Origin: Anthoceros angustus | Taxonomy: Eukaryota; Plantae; Anthocerotophyta | Direction: 5' to 3' | Assembly: GCA_010909165.1 (NCBI GenBank) | Contig: MU008155.1 | Location: forward strand, 248,001-312,000 | Length of the DNA stretch: 64,000 nt | Part shown: one piece after another, positions 22,601 through 33,323 of the stretch | How the letters are laid out: each line of letters begins with the position of its first letter | Numbering within the stretch: position 1 is the stretch's first letter | Program-made: the position numbers and the translations under genes | The notes under the pieces: model-generated | Seen by the model: only the letters and a program-made list of their open reading frames with translations | What the model was told of the DNA's origin: nothing | Database searches by the model: none

Positions 22601-24387
22601 ATACGGTGCTCTTGAAGGAGGCGTACTCACGGCTTCAATTCAATCTCATGATCTACTACTGCGAGGCGGCAATGGTGGCAACTCATCGGCATCAAATCCT
22701 TGAACTCATCCAAGATAGCTTGTACTTCTTTTGGGATGTCTTTCACCTCTGTGGAATCTTCTTCTAGACCATCCTCTAGTCCTTGGAGTACTAAGTATAG
22801 CTCCTTCTTTTCCGAGATCCTTCTTAAGCTCTCTTTTGAAATCAGTCTTGATGGAGTCTCAAGCTTCGCTAACACTAGCACAACTCACCTTGTGCTTCTT
22901 GGATATCTCAATAGTGCGAGACTTAACATCCATATACACTTCATTGGATCTCATCCACTCCGGGCCTAAGATGATATCATGGTCATCCATCGGCACGTGA
23001 AACTCTCATTTCCTTGCCACGCTTCAACTTGCAGCTTTACTCCATGCAATTCGCCCAGAAATTGCAGAGTCCCTTTAGCTTGCTTGATTCCATATGGCGT
23101 GGAAGTTTATCCATTCAAGACCAAGCTCTCTTGCCTTACTAGGAGTTATAAAATTGTGGGTGGCTGCAGAATCCAACAACAACTCTACATCTAAGCCATT
23201 CATCTTCCCACATATATACATGAGGTCTCCACCTTCCTCATTATAGTGTCATCCTTGACACTAGATGACTCACCACATGTCTTCACAACATGTGGCCCGC
23301 GTCACACAGGCTCCTCGGGAAGTTCTTGAATCCGGCTCTTGGAGCAGTGGATTGGCAACAACCAAATTCAAGTTGGGAGCTCCAACATGTGGACAATTCT
23401 AGCAAAGTGTCCTGTTCTCCAGAACACACAGGCTAAACCTTTGTTGTCTCTTCGACCCTGTTATCTCCTCTAGCTCGGCCTCCGAGTCTCATTGGTTCCA
23501 CTATTCACGGTGGTGGTAGCTCGTCCTCTCCTCTAGATCTACCACGAGACCTAGGATATCTTCCTCTTGATACGGTGCCTCTTGAATAAACATATCCGGT
23601 ATAGCATCTGCTGCCATGGCCTCTTGCGTTTGAGGATTAGTCAAAGCTATCCTATTTTGAGCCCATCTCTTAAGGCCAGTGATAAACTTGTGGAGTTTGT
23701 CCTGCTCATGCATCTCTGGACATTGCAAGACAATAGAGCTAAACTCACTCACATACTCCCGCAAAGTTCCAAAGATGCTTGACATTGTCGAGCATCCTTG
23801 GCAAACTCACGTGCATTAGCGGGTTGGAAACGGAGTTGCGCTTGCTTGAAGTCCCCATGTGAAGATTGTGGCTCTGCGATTGCCTTGCCTTACGTTCTCA
23901 ACGTAAGTCCTCCACCAAGTAAGAGCATAATCCTCTAAGAAATTCGTGACGTGCTTCACGTACTCATCTTGCAAGCACTGCATGATTCGAGGTACGCCCA
24001 AAGAGAAAACCAAGAACTGATTTTCTCTCGTCACGCTCGCCTTTATAAGTCTTTGGGGCTGTATGCTCACCTCAACTTCTTAGACTTTTGATCGCCTCAG
24101 CTCAGCTCCACTTCTTGGCTCTTCTTCAACGAGCACCGCTTTTAATCTCGATCCATGGCATCAAGTCTCCTCATGATCTTTTGGAGCTGGTCCTCTATGG
24201 TGGTGCCGGTCCTCTGCTCCGAAGTTCCTTCCTCCATTGTTCTCACAACTTGCGGACTCGCTGGCTCTTCCAAAGCCAAAGCGGGCCTTATCTTCCGGGC
24301 GCATCCTTTCCACTCTACTTGGCTCACAGATCGCCATCTCCACTAGCGTACTAGTCAAAGATGCTTCAACCTATGCTCGATACCACA

Positions 24388-24973
24388 AGTAACACCCCTC
24401 AGCGGGTGGGGAAAACCACGCGATTAGAAGCAAACTAGGGTAATAAATCAACACTGCATAGACTAGGCCTCCAAGTAGCCCGCCTCCTCTTCTAGGAGGA
24501 CTCAGAGACACTCTTGCTGCTCTTTATTCTTAGATCACGAGTCAACAAGAACATACAGTGGAGGGCTAGAGAACTCCCCATCTTTGCCTAAGCTAGGAGC
24601 TTAGCTCTCTCTTCACTTGACCTCCTCCACAAAGCTCCTTCACAAAGACTCCCTTCCGCCCCAAGCAACAAGTGCTCTCAAGGCAAGCCCAAGCATCAAG
24701 TGCTCTCAAGGCCAAGCAACAAGGCGCAAAGCAACAAGTGCTCTCAAGGCCAAGCAACAAGTGCTCTCAACTCGAATCTTTTTAGCCTGTAGGTCTCCTT
24801 TATACTCAAGCCCTAGCTACAATCTTAGTAACTACTTACTTAAGCTTTAAGCTATTATTTACTACCATACACTTCCTAGGGCTGCATGCTTAACATGCTC
24901 TTAGTAAGCTGCTCTTCTAAACATGCCTCTGCATGGAGCTTTCTTGCAAAGCACTCAAGCCAGCTTTGTTACT
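24388..24973 (-). repeat. 5' LTR of the chromovirus (586 bp), termini AGTAACA...TGTTACT
   Basis: Adjacent to the PBS on one side and the TSD on the other. Confidence 0.9.
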
Positions 24974-25014
24974 CCATTGCTTCATTGCTTTGCATCCTTA
25001 AATTTCCATTTGCA

Positions 25015-25215
25015 AGAAGAAAAAGAAGAAGAATTTTATTTAAGTCCACTAAGGACGGATTTCCGTGATGGGACTTGGTACTTAACAACTTGTACCATGG
25101 TGTGCCTAAGCTACCAAGGGCATCCACTCCCTTTAGGCACCCCATCTAAGTACCGATCCAAGCTCAGGATGCTTAATCACGGCGTTCTTATAAATGTGTG
25201 TCCATTTGGCCTAGG
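25015..25215 (+). repeat. Right arm of MITE-like copy 2 (same family as 17885-18900)
   Basis: One 82-bp unit plus GCATCCACTCCCTTTAGGCACC...TGTGTGTCCATTTGGCCTAGG, inverted relative to 18651-18900. Confidence 0.7.
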
Positions 25216-26257
25216 CCATTTGGACAAGATTTGCCTTCGACTTCGCTATGCCTGCCCCACCTGGTAACAAATTCACCGACGCCAGAAGGGATCGCATCGG
25301 CTCCCCTATTCCGTAGCATCCGGTGCTGCTGACCCGCAGGGCTTGTCCGCTGCGGCATGCATTTGATTGCCATTAGGTTATTCCGAAGTTGGGCGATCAA
25401 AGCCATGTCCCCCAGCCGAGACGTGGGGAGTCCTACTCACTGGAAGGAAGCTGGCCCTCCTAAAAGGCGGTTAGACTGAGCAAGAGACGTTCAAGACCAG
25501 CCAGAGATTCGATATTACCCAGCAGATCTGCTACATGTCCCTATCAGGTTGTGGGCCTCCTAGAAAGAGGAGGGAGGAGTGGAGGAATGGGACGGAATAG
25601 TCTGGAATTCCACTCACATCTTCTGCTTAAGCGCAACAAGCAAGGAGGCTAAAAACACCCGGTTAAAGTCTGGTTGGGAGGATATCGAGCTGATGCTCAG
25701 CTCCGGATAGGTACCTTGGTGGTTTTGTCCTGCTAGGATCGGAAACCCATAACAGCATCGGTCAAGAGGATATTTACCCTGCTTTGATCTGCCTTTTGAT
25801 GTCCGACCAGAACGAGGTTCGGAAAGAAAATCCAGGATGCCAACGATCCTGAAGCATCCATAATATTCAGTGCGTTTCCACCGTTCCTCATCGATATTCA
25901 ATCAACTTGTGACCCTGGATCCCTCATCTGCATCCACCCAGTTCCACGATCTCCTCAAACGCTGAAAGCGCACCATAACGTAGTCATCCAGCCGGCCAAT
26001 GTATACGGAGCACAATCCACCTTCTCATAGCTTCCGAAGGAGGTTGCAACAACAGCAGTGATCAGCATAGGATCCCAGCTAGATTGAACAAGTGATCAGA
26101 TGCCTTGCAAGCTCGAAGACTTGAAACCGGGGGACCTAACTGCTTGCCTTGCCCTCAGGGGGCCAGCGACCTCAAGTGGATTACAAACATGGATCAGCAT
26201 AAGGGGAACGCCACTGGGCAATGAAGGAAAAGAGGCACCTGTGCCCAGAGTCGCCTG

Positions 26258-27487
26258 TCACTCACTTTGACCTTTCCCTGCACAGCCACACCTTTGATAC
26301 ATTTCCTCAAGTGCAGACCTAAGCATCGGGTCCGCATCCAGTCCTGCTTTGACGACCTGAGCGTGTGTCAGCTTGCCCTGATCTAGGTCGCGTAAGCTGC
26401 CACAAGCTCTGAGGACGGTCAGAAATGTAGTCCTATTGAGCCTAAGGCCGTCCTCACACAGCTTGTGAAAGAGCACCAAGGCCTCTTGGGGATGCCCACC
26501 CCACACATACCCTGCGAGTAATACATGCCAACATTTCAAATCCCTTCTGGGTGCTGCATCGAAGACCAGGCGAGCATCCTCCAGGCTTCCACATTTGATG
26601 TACATCTCAGTTAGGCTGCTCACAGCAGCTGCATTGAGGCTCAGCCCAAGCTGCATGGAGCTGGCGTGGATGAGCTTGGCCTGATCCAGAGCCCCAATCA
26701 GGCCACATGCTTTGAACGCGCTTACAAACGTAGCATTATCTGGCTTCACACCCATGCGGAGCATATCACCAAAAAGCTTGACCGCTTCCAGCCCACAACC
26801 ATTGTCAGCATAGCCTGCCATCAAAAAGTTGCAGGAAACCAAGTCGCGCTTCCGCAGCTGGCTATACACATTGGATGCATCATCCACGCTCCCAAACTTA
26901 ACGTACATCGAAATCAGGGCAGTGGCCACAAACAAATTCTGCTCATGCCCAGAGGCAGTAATATGGGCGTGCACTTCCCGACCTTGACGCACAGCCACTG
27001 CCATGGAACATGCTTTCAGGATTGCCACATACACATGCTCCTCCGGCTGCACACCTGCTTCCCTCATCTCTGCATACAACCTAATCGCATTTTGGCATTG
27101 AGCTTGCCTCACATGTGCTGTAATAATGGCCCTCCATGCCTCTACCGTGGGCGACTGAAGCTTGTAGAAAGCAGCAGTAGCATGCTCCAGATCCCCGCAG
27201 GCAGAGAAAAGTTGCATAAGCTGGTTCACCAGCACAGCATTGGAGTCAAGCCCGTAGTTGCCGATGAGGAGTTGCACCTTCCTCCCGGCTGTCAAGTCCT
27301 TTCTCTCAAGGGCCAGCTGCAGCAGGCGGCAGAGCAAATGGCTGGACAGCCGAACCTGGTGGTGAGCAAGAAGGTCCACAGCATGGAGGGCTTCCTTCAG
27401 CATGCCCTGCTCCACCAGCATGTTAAGCCTGGCCCCAGCACTTCCCAGGGAAGCAACTCCCCCCGTTCCCGTTGTTTCCTTGGCCAT
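26258..27487 (-). CDS. PLS-class pentatricopeptide repeat protein, 409 aa, no E/DYW domain
   Basis: Intact single-exon ORF with about 10 alternating L-S-P motifs (e.g. LFVATALISMYVKFGSVDDA, SSLTEMYIKCGSLEDARLVFD). Confidence 0.93.
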   Translation of the reverse strand: MAKETTGTGGVASLGSAGARLNMLVEQGMLKEALHAVDLLAHHQVRLSSHLLCRLLQLALERKDLTAGRKVQLLIGNYGLDSNAVLVNQLMQLFSACGDLEHATAAFYKLQSPTVEAWRAIITAHVRQAQCQNAIRLYAEMREAGVQPEEHVYVAILKACSMAVAVRQGREVHAHITASGHEQNLFVATALISMYVKFGSVDDASNVYSQLRKRDLVSCNFLMAGYADNGCGLEAVKLFGDMLRMGVKPDNATFVSAFKACGLIGALDQAKLIHASSMQLGLSLNAAAVSSLTEMYIKCGSLEDARLVFDAAPRRDLKCWHVLLAGYVWGGHPQEALVLFHKLCEDGLRLNRTTFLTVLRACGSLRDLDQGKLTHAQVVKAGLDADPMLRSALEEMYQRCGCAGKGQSE

Positions 27488-28157
27488 ACTGGATCACGGA
27501 GAATGTTAGGTCAGATTTTTTTGCAGAAGCAGCATAGCAGGTGAATGACGAGGGTGCGGTGCTCACACACGATCCCGTCCATCCCCTGCAGATTTCCACC
27601 AGCTGCGGATCCACAAGGACTCGCTCCCCTCGGTGGTGTGCACACAGCGCGACAACCTCGGAATCACCTGCAAAGAAAGATTTTTTTTTCAGAGATTGCA
27701 GCAATTCAGAATCTCTTGAGAGACTGCAGCAATTTTTGACAGCGCTGCACGTTTACCTGCCCGGCTGTGGTCGTGGTCGTGCTCGTTGCTGCAGCAGGCA
27801 ACAGTATCCTCCTCGCCGCCTTGCAGAGCATGCTACACAGTGCTAAGCTTCCACGAGCATGAGAGACCGTTGGGGTGCGAAACCTTCCTTCCTCCAGTAC
27901 GTCTTGAGTGCATCCGGAGCGGTGGATTTAGACACATACAACGATGTTTACAAGTAACATTACACAATGTCTGGTCGAGGACGTGGCATCCAGTAATTTG
28001 TACGCTTGAACGAGTCATCGCCTTCACCCGACTGCGCATGGCAGCCAACCCAAGAGTCAGGCGGTCAGAGCACGAGGCGACGCCCTGGCTCGCTATCCCA
28101 CGCGAGCACGCAACTTGGTGGCTTCCGGGCAAGCTCATCTGCATCTCCAGCTCGGGG

Positions 28158-28163
28158 TATAAA
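28158..28163 (+). promoter_or_regulatory. Candidate TATA box (TATAAA) of the PPO gene
   Basis: About 58 bp upstream of the ATG at 28221 in an otherwise GC-rich stretch. Confidence 0.5.
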
Positions 28164-28220
28164 TGGAGACGGCAATATCTTTGTCATCGCTCGCTCCCCA
28201 GGTGACCCCAGATCGCAGCT

Positions 28221-30787
28221 ATGGCAGCCATGGCAACGGCAACGGCATCCTCTGCTGCTGCAATGTTGCAGATCCGCCCGTCCACCGGCCCGCATCCTGC
28301 CTCCAGCGATGCCGCTCCCCAGCATCTCCGGGCATGCCTCTCCCGCGCCCCCTCCAGCCGCATCCGCTTCCCGGAACAGAAGCCACTCCAGATCCGGACC
28401 CGGGCTAGGCGTGCCGCTGGTCCGAGAGCTTCATCTTCCGCAGACGAGGAGGCGGAGCTCCCATTGCCGACCAGGTTAGCGAGCAATGCCGATCTGAGTC
28501 GGAGTGTGTTCCCAGTGCTTCTGTTGCTGAGTGAAGGTCTCTCTCTTGTTCGTGCAAGCTGTGAGGGAGAGTTGGACGCATGCTGTTGCTGCTGTTAGTG
28601 AGCAATGCGGATCGGATGTTCTTGTGCGTTTGAAGTGCCTAGTCGTGGAGGACAATGTTTGTCGTGAGGCTGTCAGTGAAGAGTGCGTATTGCAAGTTCA
28701 AGATTTTGCGTTCGAAGTACCGATGAGTAGAGGAAGATGAGTGTTGTCGTTGCTGCTCTACTGAGAAATGCGGATTGAAAGTTGAGGACGTTGTGCGGTC
28801 GAAGTAGGTAACGGTGGAGGACGATGATTGCCGCTCCTTAGTGAACGATGCGGATTGGAAGTTCTTCCATCAGTGCTTCTGCCGTGCTTGTTTGATTGGG
28901 GTTGTCGACAGTGTCAGAGCAACGCCGATCCAAAGTGATGCAGAAACCTAAATGCTCGTGTGCGGCTGCAGGGAAGAAGCAGTGCGTGTTGAACAGACGA
29001 GCAGCGGGATAGATCGGCGGCAGCTGCTGGTGGCGACATCAGTGTCAGCTGCTGCAGCCGCGGGCGTGCCGCTGTTCCTCGGCGAGGCGGGAGCGTCGCC
29101 TATCGTGCCCCCAACCTCGGCAAATGCGTGGCAGCGACGGTTCCCGGCGTGCAAGTGAACTGCTGCCGCCGCAGCCGACCAGGCCGGTGAAGGCCTTCAC
29201 CTTCCCGGCCCTGGGGCCAGTGCGAGTGCGGCAGCCGGCGCACCTGGTGAGCAGCGACTATGTGGCCAAGTACAACAAAGCCTACGAGCTTCTGCGCGCG
29301 CTTCCCGCGTCCGATCCCAGGTCCTACACGCAGCAGGCGAACGTCCACTGCGCGTACTGCGACGCCGGGTACACGCAGGCGGACGGGTGACGCCGCTGCA
29401 GGTGCACAACTCCTGGCTCTTCTTCCCCTTCCACCGCTGGTACCTCTACTTCCATGAGCGCATCCTGGCGTCGCTGGTGGAGACCCGAGCTTCGCGCTGC
29501 CCTTCTGGAATTGGGACAACCAGACGACGTCGGCGCCCCTCGCCAACACCCTGCCGCCGCTCTACGTCAACAACGCCAGCCTCTTCGACGCCAACCGCAG
29601 CCCGGCCCACCAGCCTCCCACCCTGGTGAGCTTCAGCTTCACGCCCCAGACCCTCACCGACGCGCAGCTCCGCGACGCCAACAACAACATCATGTACCAG
29701 CAGCTGGTGAGCGGCGCCCGCACCACCAGCCTCTTCTTCGGCCAGGCGTACAGGGCGGGCGACGCGCAGCCCGGAGGCGGCACCGTGGAGAACGTCCCCA
29801 CGGCGTCGTCCACGTCTGGACCGGCAACGAGAACAACCCCAACAGCGAGGACATGGGCAACTTCTACTCCGCCGGCCGCGACCCCATCTTCTTCGCACAC
29901 CATGCCAACATCGACAGGCTGTGGAGCGTGTGGAAGACGCTCCCCGGCGGCCGCCGCCGCGATCCCACCGACTCCGACTGGCTCAATTCCGAGTTCCTCT
30001 TCTACGACGAGAACGCCGATCTGGTCAGTCGTCACTTCCTTTCTTTCTTTCCATTCCATTCCATTCCATTTTTTCGCGGCATCACACTCCATGGACCAGA
30101 CAAAAGCCTCACCACAGACGGGAATCCGACTCTTGCTCAGGTGCGGGTGCGGGTTGGTGACGCCGTGACCACGGAGCGGCTGGGCTATACGTACCAGGCG
30201 GTGCCGGACGCGTGGAAGGACTTCAAGCCGGTGTCGCTGAGCGCCAGCGCGAGCGCCGCGGCGCCGGCGACCAGCTCCGCAGGAGCTGGCTGTTCGGGGA
30301 GAGCAGGCGGCGATGGCGGCATCGCCGGCGGTGGCGGACGGGCTGCCGGAGTTCGGCGACGGGGAGCGGAAGCTGGACAGGAGCCTGAGCTTCAAGGTGC
30401 CGAGGCCGCAGCGGCGGGTCAAGTCCAGGCCTGTTCCCGTCGCAGGAGGATGACGAGGAGGAGGAGGTGCTGGTGATCGAGGGGGTGACGGTGCCGTGCG
30501 ACCGCGTCACGCACTTCGACGTCTTCCTCAACCTGCCGGACGCGGACCAGAACACGCCGCTGAGCGCCGCCGAGTACGTGGGCAGCTTCTACAACATCCC
30601 ACACTTCGCCGGCGGAATGGCCGGCATGTCCGACCGGCAAGCCACGCTCCGCCTGGGCATCGGCGACACGCTCAAGGACCTAGGCATCAAGGACGTCTCC
30701 AACCTGGTCGTCACGATCGTGCCGCGAGGCGCTGACGCCCAGGCCAACCCCATCGTTGCCAAGGCCTTCAGAATCGAGTACGAGTAG
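28221..30787 (+). CDS. PPO: Polyphenol oxidase (plastid transit peptide, Tat signal, tyrosinase, DWL and KFDV-type domains); exons 28221-28474, 28972-30023, 30141-30787; apparent frameshifts
   Basis: Twin-Arg DRRQLL; Cu[12 protein letters not shown] and [22 protein letters not shown]; CuB HGVVHVW and [15 protein letters not shown]; [13 protein letters not shown]; HFDVFLN; GT-AG introns. The frameshifts I traced are mostly single-base losses in or next to C/G runs. Confidence 0.92.
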
Positions 30788-31417
30788 GCAGCTCAAACAC
30801 CAACGTCACGCACACATCATCCACTCCACGGACATCTACGTAATATTGTATAAAAATCAAGAACGCTTTCTACGAACTGTCACATCACGCTGTGACTCCC
30901 ATCATGACGAGTGTCGTGATGCAAGCAGCGAACTCCCGAGCGTTTTCACGATTCGGCAGCAAAGTAACTACCCACCTTTATACAATACTTATATGGTTGG
31001 TGCCAGTGGATACATACCCATTTTACTACACATTTATTTATTATTCCGTGGGAATCATAAACCGCCTGGCCTGGGAGCGGCAGGCGCGGGATCGAGGCGG
31101 CGTGGGCAACGGCCACTTGGACGGCCTCAGATATATATTAACACGGGATCCGTCGCCGCCGGCCGTCGTTCGGCTGTAGATGTATGTATGTGGGCATGGG
31201 CATGGGCATGTGCATCGGCGCGGCCGGGTGGATTCATCGGCAGCGATTGTCGGTAGAGGCAGCATAGTAGAGCAGCAGCAGCCGCCGCGGCCGCAGGCAG
31301 AGCAAGGACTTGCGGCAGGAGGCAAGGGAGCTGGAAAATTGGTACGGATCCGATTGCGGTGACAAGGCCCCGGAGGAGAGGAGAAGAAGGCAGTACTGTC
31401 TGTCTGCGGTTGCCGGG

Positions 31418-33323
31418 ATGGGGCGCAACAGCGTAGGTCACAGTCACAGTCACAGTCCCAGCCCAAACCACAGCGGCACATGGCAGCGGCGGACCGCTCC
31501 CCGCCATGCTTCCAAGCAGGGTGCTTTTTTGTGAGTGTTTTGTCTTGCTTTTGGTATGCTGTGCAAATTGCAGGCAGGCTTGGATCGGTTTGCCCGTCTG
31601 TCTGTGTGCTGGACCGGGGTTCTGAATGATTTCCATGTACGTCCGGGTCACCAGGGCTGCAGATCAGGAGCCGCAGAGCTTGCCGTCCAGCAGCCCCGCT
31701 TCAGGTATTAGTAGCAACTGGCTGGCATTGGCTGGCTGTGGATGCTGTCTCTGCTCTTATCTGTCTTGTCTCACAATTGGTGTTTCCTGCGTCCAGTGTC
31801 CGGGCAAGACCGGAAGAAATTAAGTGTTCATTTGGCTATGTGGGTAAGCGTCTTTCCGGTTGTTGGGCTCCAGTACTGCTGGTTGCAGGGTTTTGTCCTT
31901 GACGAAAATCTGCCGCTCGTGCATCTGATTTTGCAGGACTTTGGACAGTGTGATGCCAAGCGATGCACCGGCAGGAAGCTTGCGCGTTTGGGATACTTGA
32001 GGGTTTGTTTTTCCCCTGTGCTTTGTGCTGCGGTTCTTGCTTGCCCAGGATCTGGGTACCTGGACAAATTTTCCTTGGCGGATGGGAGCATGGTTTCTGA
32101 GCTTTTATCTGATCACCAGTGATGCTGACCTGGGCATTTTCCTCGTCTTCTTGCAGGAGTTGAAAGTCCAACAGCGGTTTGCAGGAGTTGTGCTCAGGTA
32201 ACTCTCACTTTTCTATACAGCAACAATTTTACGTGGCATGACGATGGCAAGAGCAGGATAAGCTGTTATGACTGCAAACCCCTGGAGCCTTTGTATGTGC
32301 AGCCTCTTGATTGGTGTTGGACCGTCTATGTATGTGCAGCCCCAGGGGACAGAAGTGTATATCCAGGGAGGATCAGCAACTGGTGCGGGATCGTGGGCTA
32401 TCTGTGATAGACTGTTCGTGGGCCATGTTGGAAGCTGTACCCTTTGCCCATATTCGATGCAATGCACCTCGCCTATGTAAAGTGTGCTTTTACTTCTGCG
32501 TCTTGTGTGTGGGTTTGTTTCTCCAGCAATTTCCAGATAGACTTAAATCATGGTGTCATTTGTTTTTTGCAGTACCATGGCTGCTGGCTGCCAACCCCGT
32601 AAACTACGGGCATCCCTGCAAGCTGTCATGTGTTGAAGCTCTGGCTGCAGCGTTGATTATCTGGTAACTTTCTAGTCCATGGACGTTCACGTTTTTCTAG
32701 CATGCAGGAACCCCATGCTCCTGAGTTGAGGACATGAGATTACACTGCAGATCGTTTGACTGGAGATTGTTCCTTGTTGTTGGCTCAGCGGCGAGGATGA
32801 TGCGGGAAATGAAATACTGGACAAGTTCAAGTGGGGCCACTCCTTTCTTACCCTCAACCGGTAGGTAATTCTATTGCCTTTCTAGTTCCCGGAAGTTGTA
32901 CAGACTGTGACTGCCATGGTTCCCCCTCACGTTTCTTGCCGTTGCCAGGCAACTGCTGAAGCTGTACGCCTCGTGCTCGTCGGGAATGGAAGTAGTAGCA
33001 GTGCAAAACAGCTGGCTAGCTTCTTCGACGAAGCCTCAGCCCAGTGTAGCTGGTAAGTTCAGGTGTTGGGGTGGGTGTGCTCTAGGTGTGTGTATTATGG
33101 TATGGTTGGTGTGAAAGTAACCCTCCTCCTCTTCTCCTTCCCATCCCCCGTATTGGCAGATGCTGAAGAAGAGGGCGGCAGTGATGAGGATGGATTACCA
33201 CCTCTGGTGCGGAACACCAATCGGGACTCTGATGAAGAGGATGAGCAGGAGGAGGGTAGCGGGGAGAGTAGTGATGGTAGCGAGCGTGTGGTTGACCAAG
33301 TGGAGCAGCAGCGAGTACAGTAG
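31418..33323 (+). CDS. TSR3: 18S rRNA aminocarboxypropyltransferase TSR3 (multi-exon)
   Basis: Spliced exons give LAMW|DFGQCDAKRCTGRKLARLG, DCSW, LPWLLAANPVNYGHPCKLSCVEALAAAL, KFKWGHSFLTLN and an acidic tail. The start codon and first exons are less certain. Confidence 0.92.

Larger units (their letters stand above)
19121..24973 (-). mobile_element. Full-length Ty3/gypsy chromovirus with 5-bp TSD CCATT
   Basis: LTRs 19121-19697 and 24388-24973. PBS TGGTATCGAGCATAGG (24370-24385), PPT AGTGGGGAGGA (19698-19708), TSD CCATT at 19116-19120 and 24974-24978. gag (FLEDYALTWW), RT, RH, integrase GPY/F (YGGPYVVLKRIGEVAYKLDLP) and chromodomain-like QYMVKLRG...VTLEDI. Confidence 0.92.

Noticed and set aside
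25600-26060. Possible LINE C-terminal remnant (WMLQDRWH...FWSDIK)
   Set aside because: Only a vague resemblance with many stops; no RT or endonuclease motifs nearby.
26666-27544. 292-aa plus-strand ORF
   Set aside because: Antisense shadow of the PPR gene with no recognisable motif.
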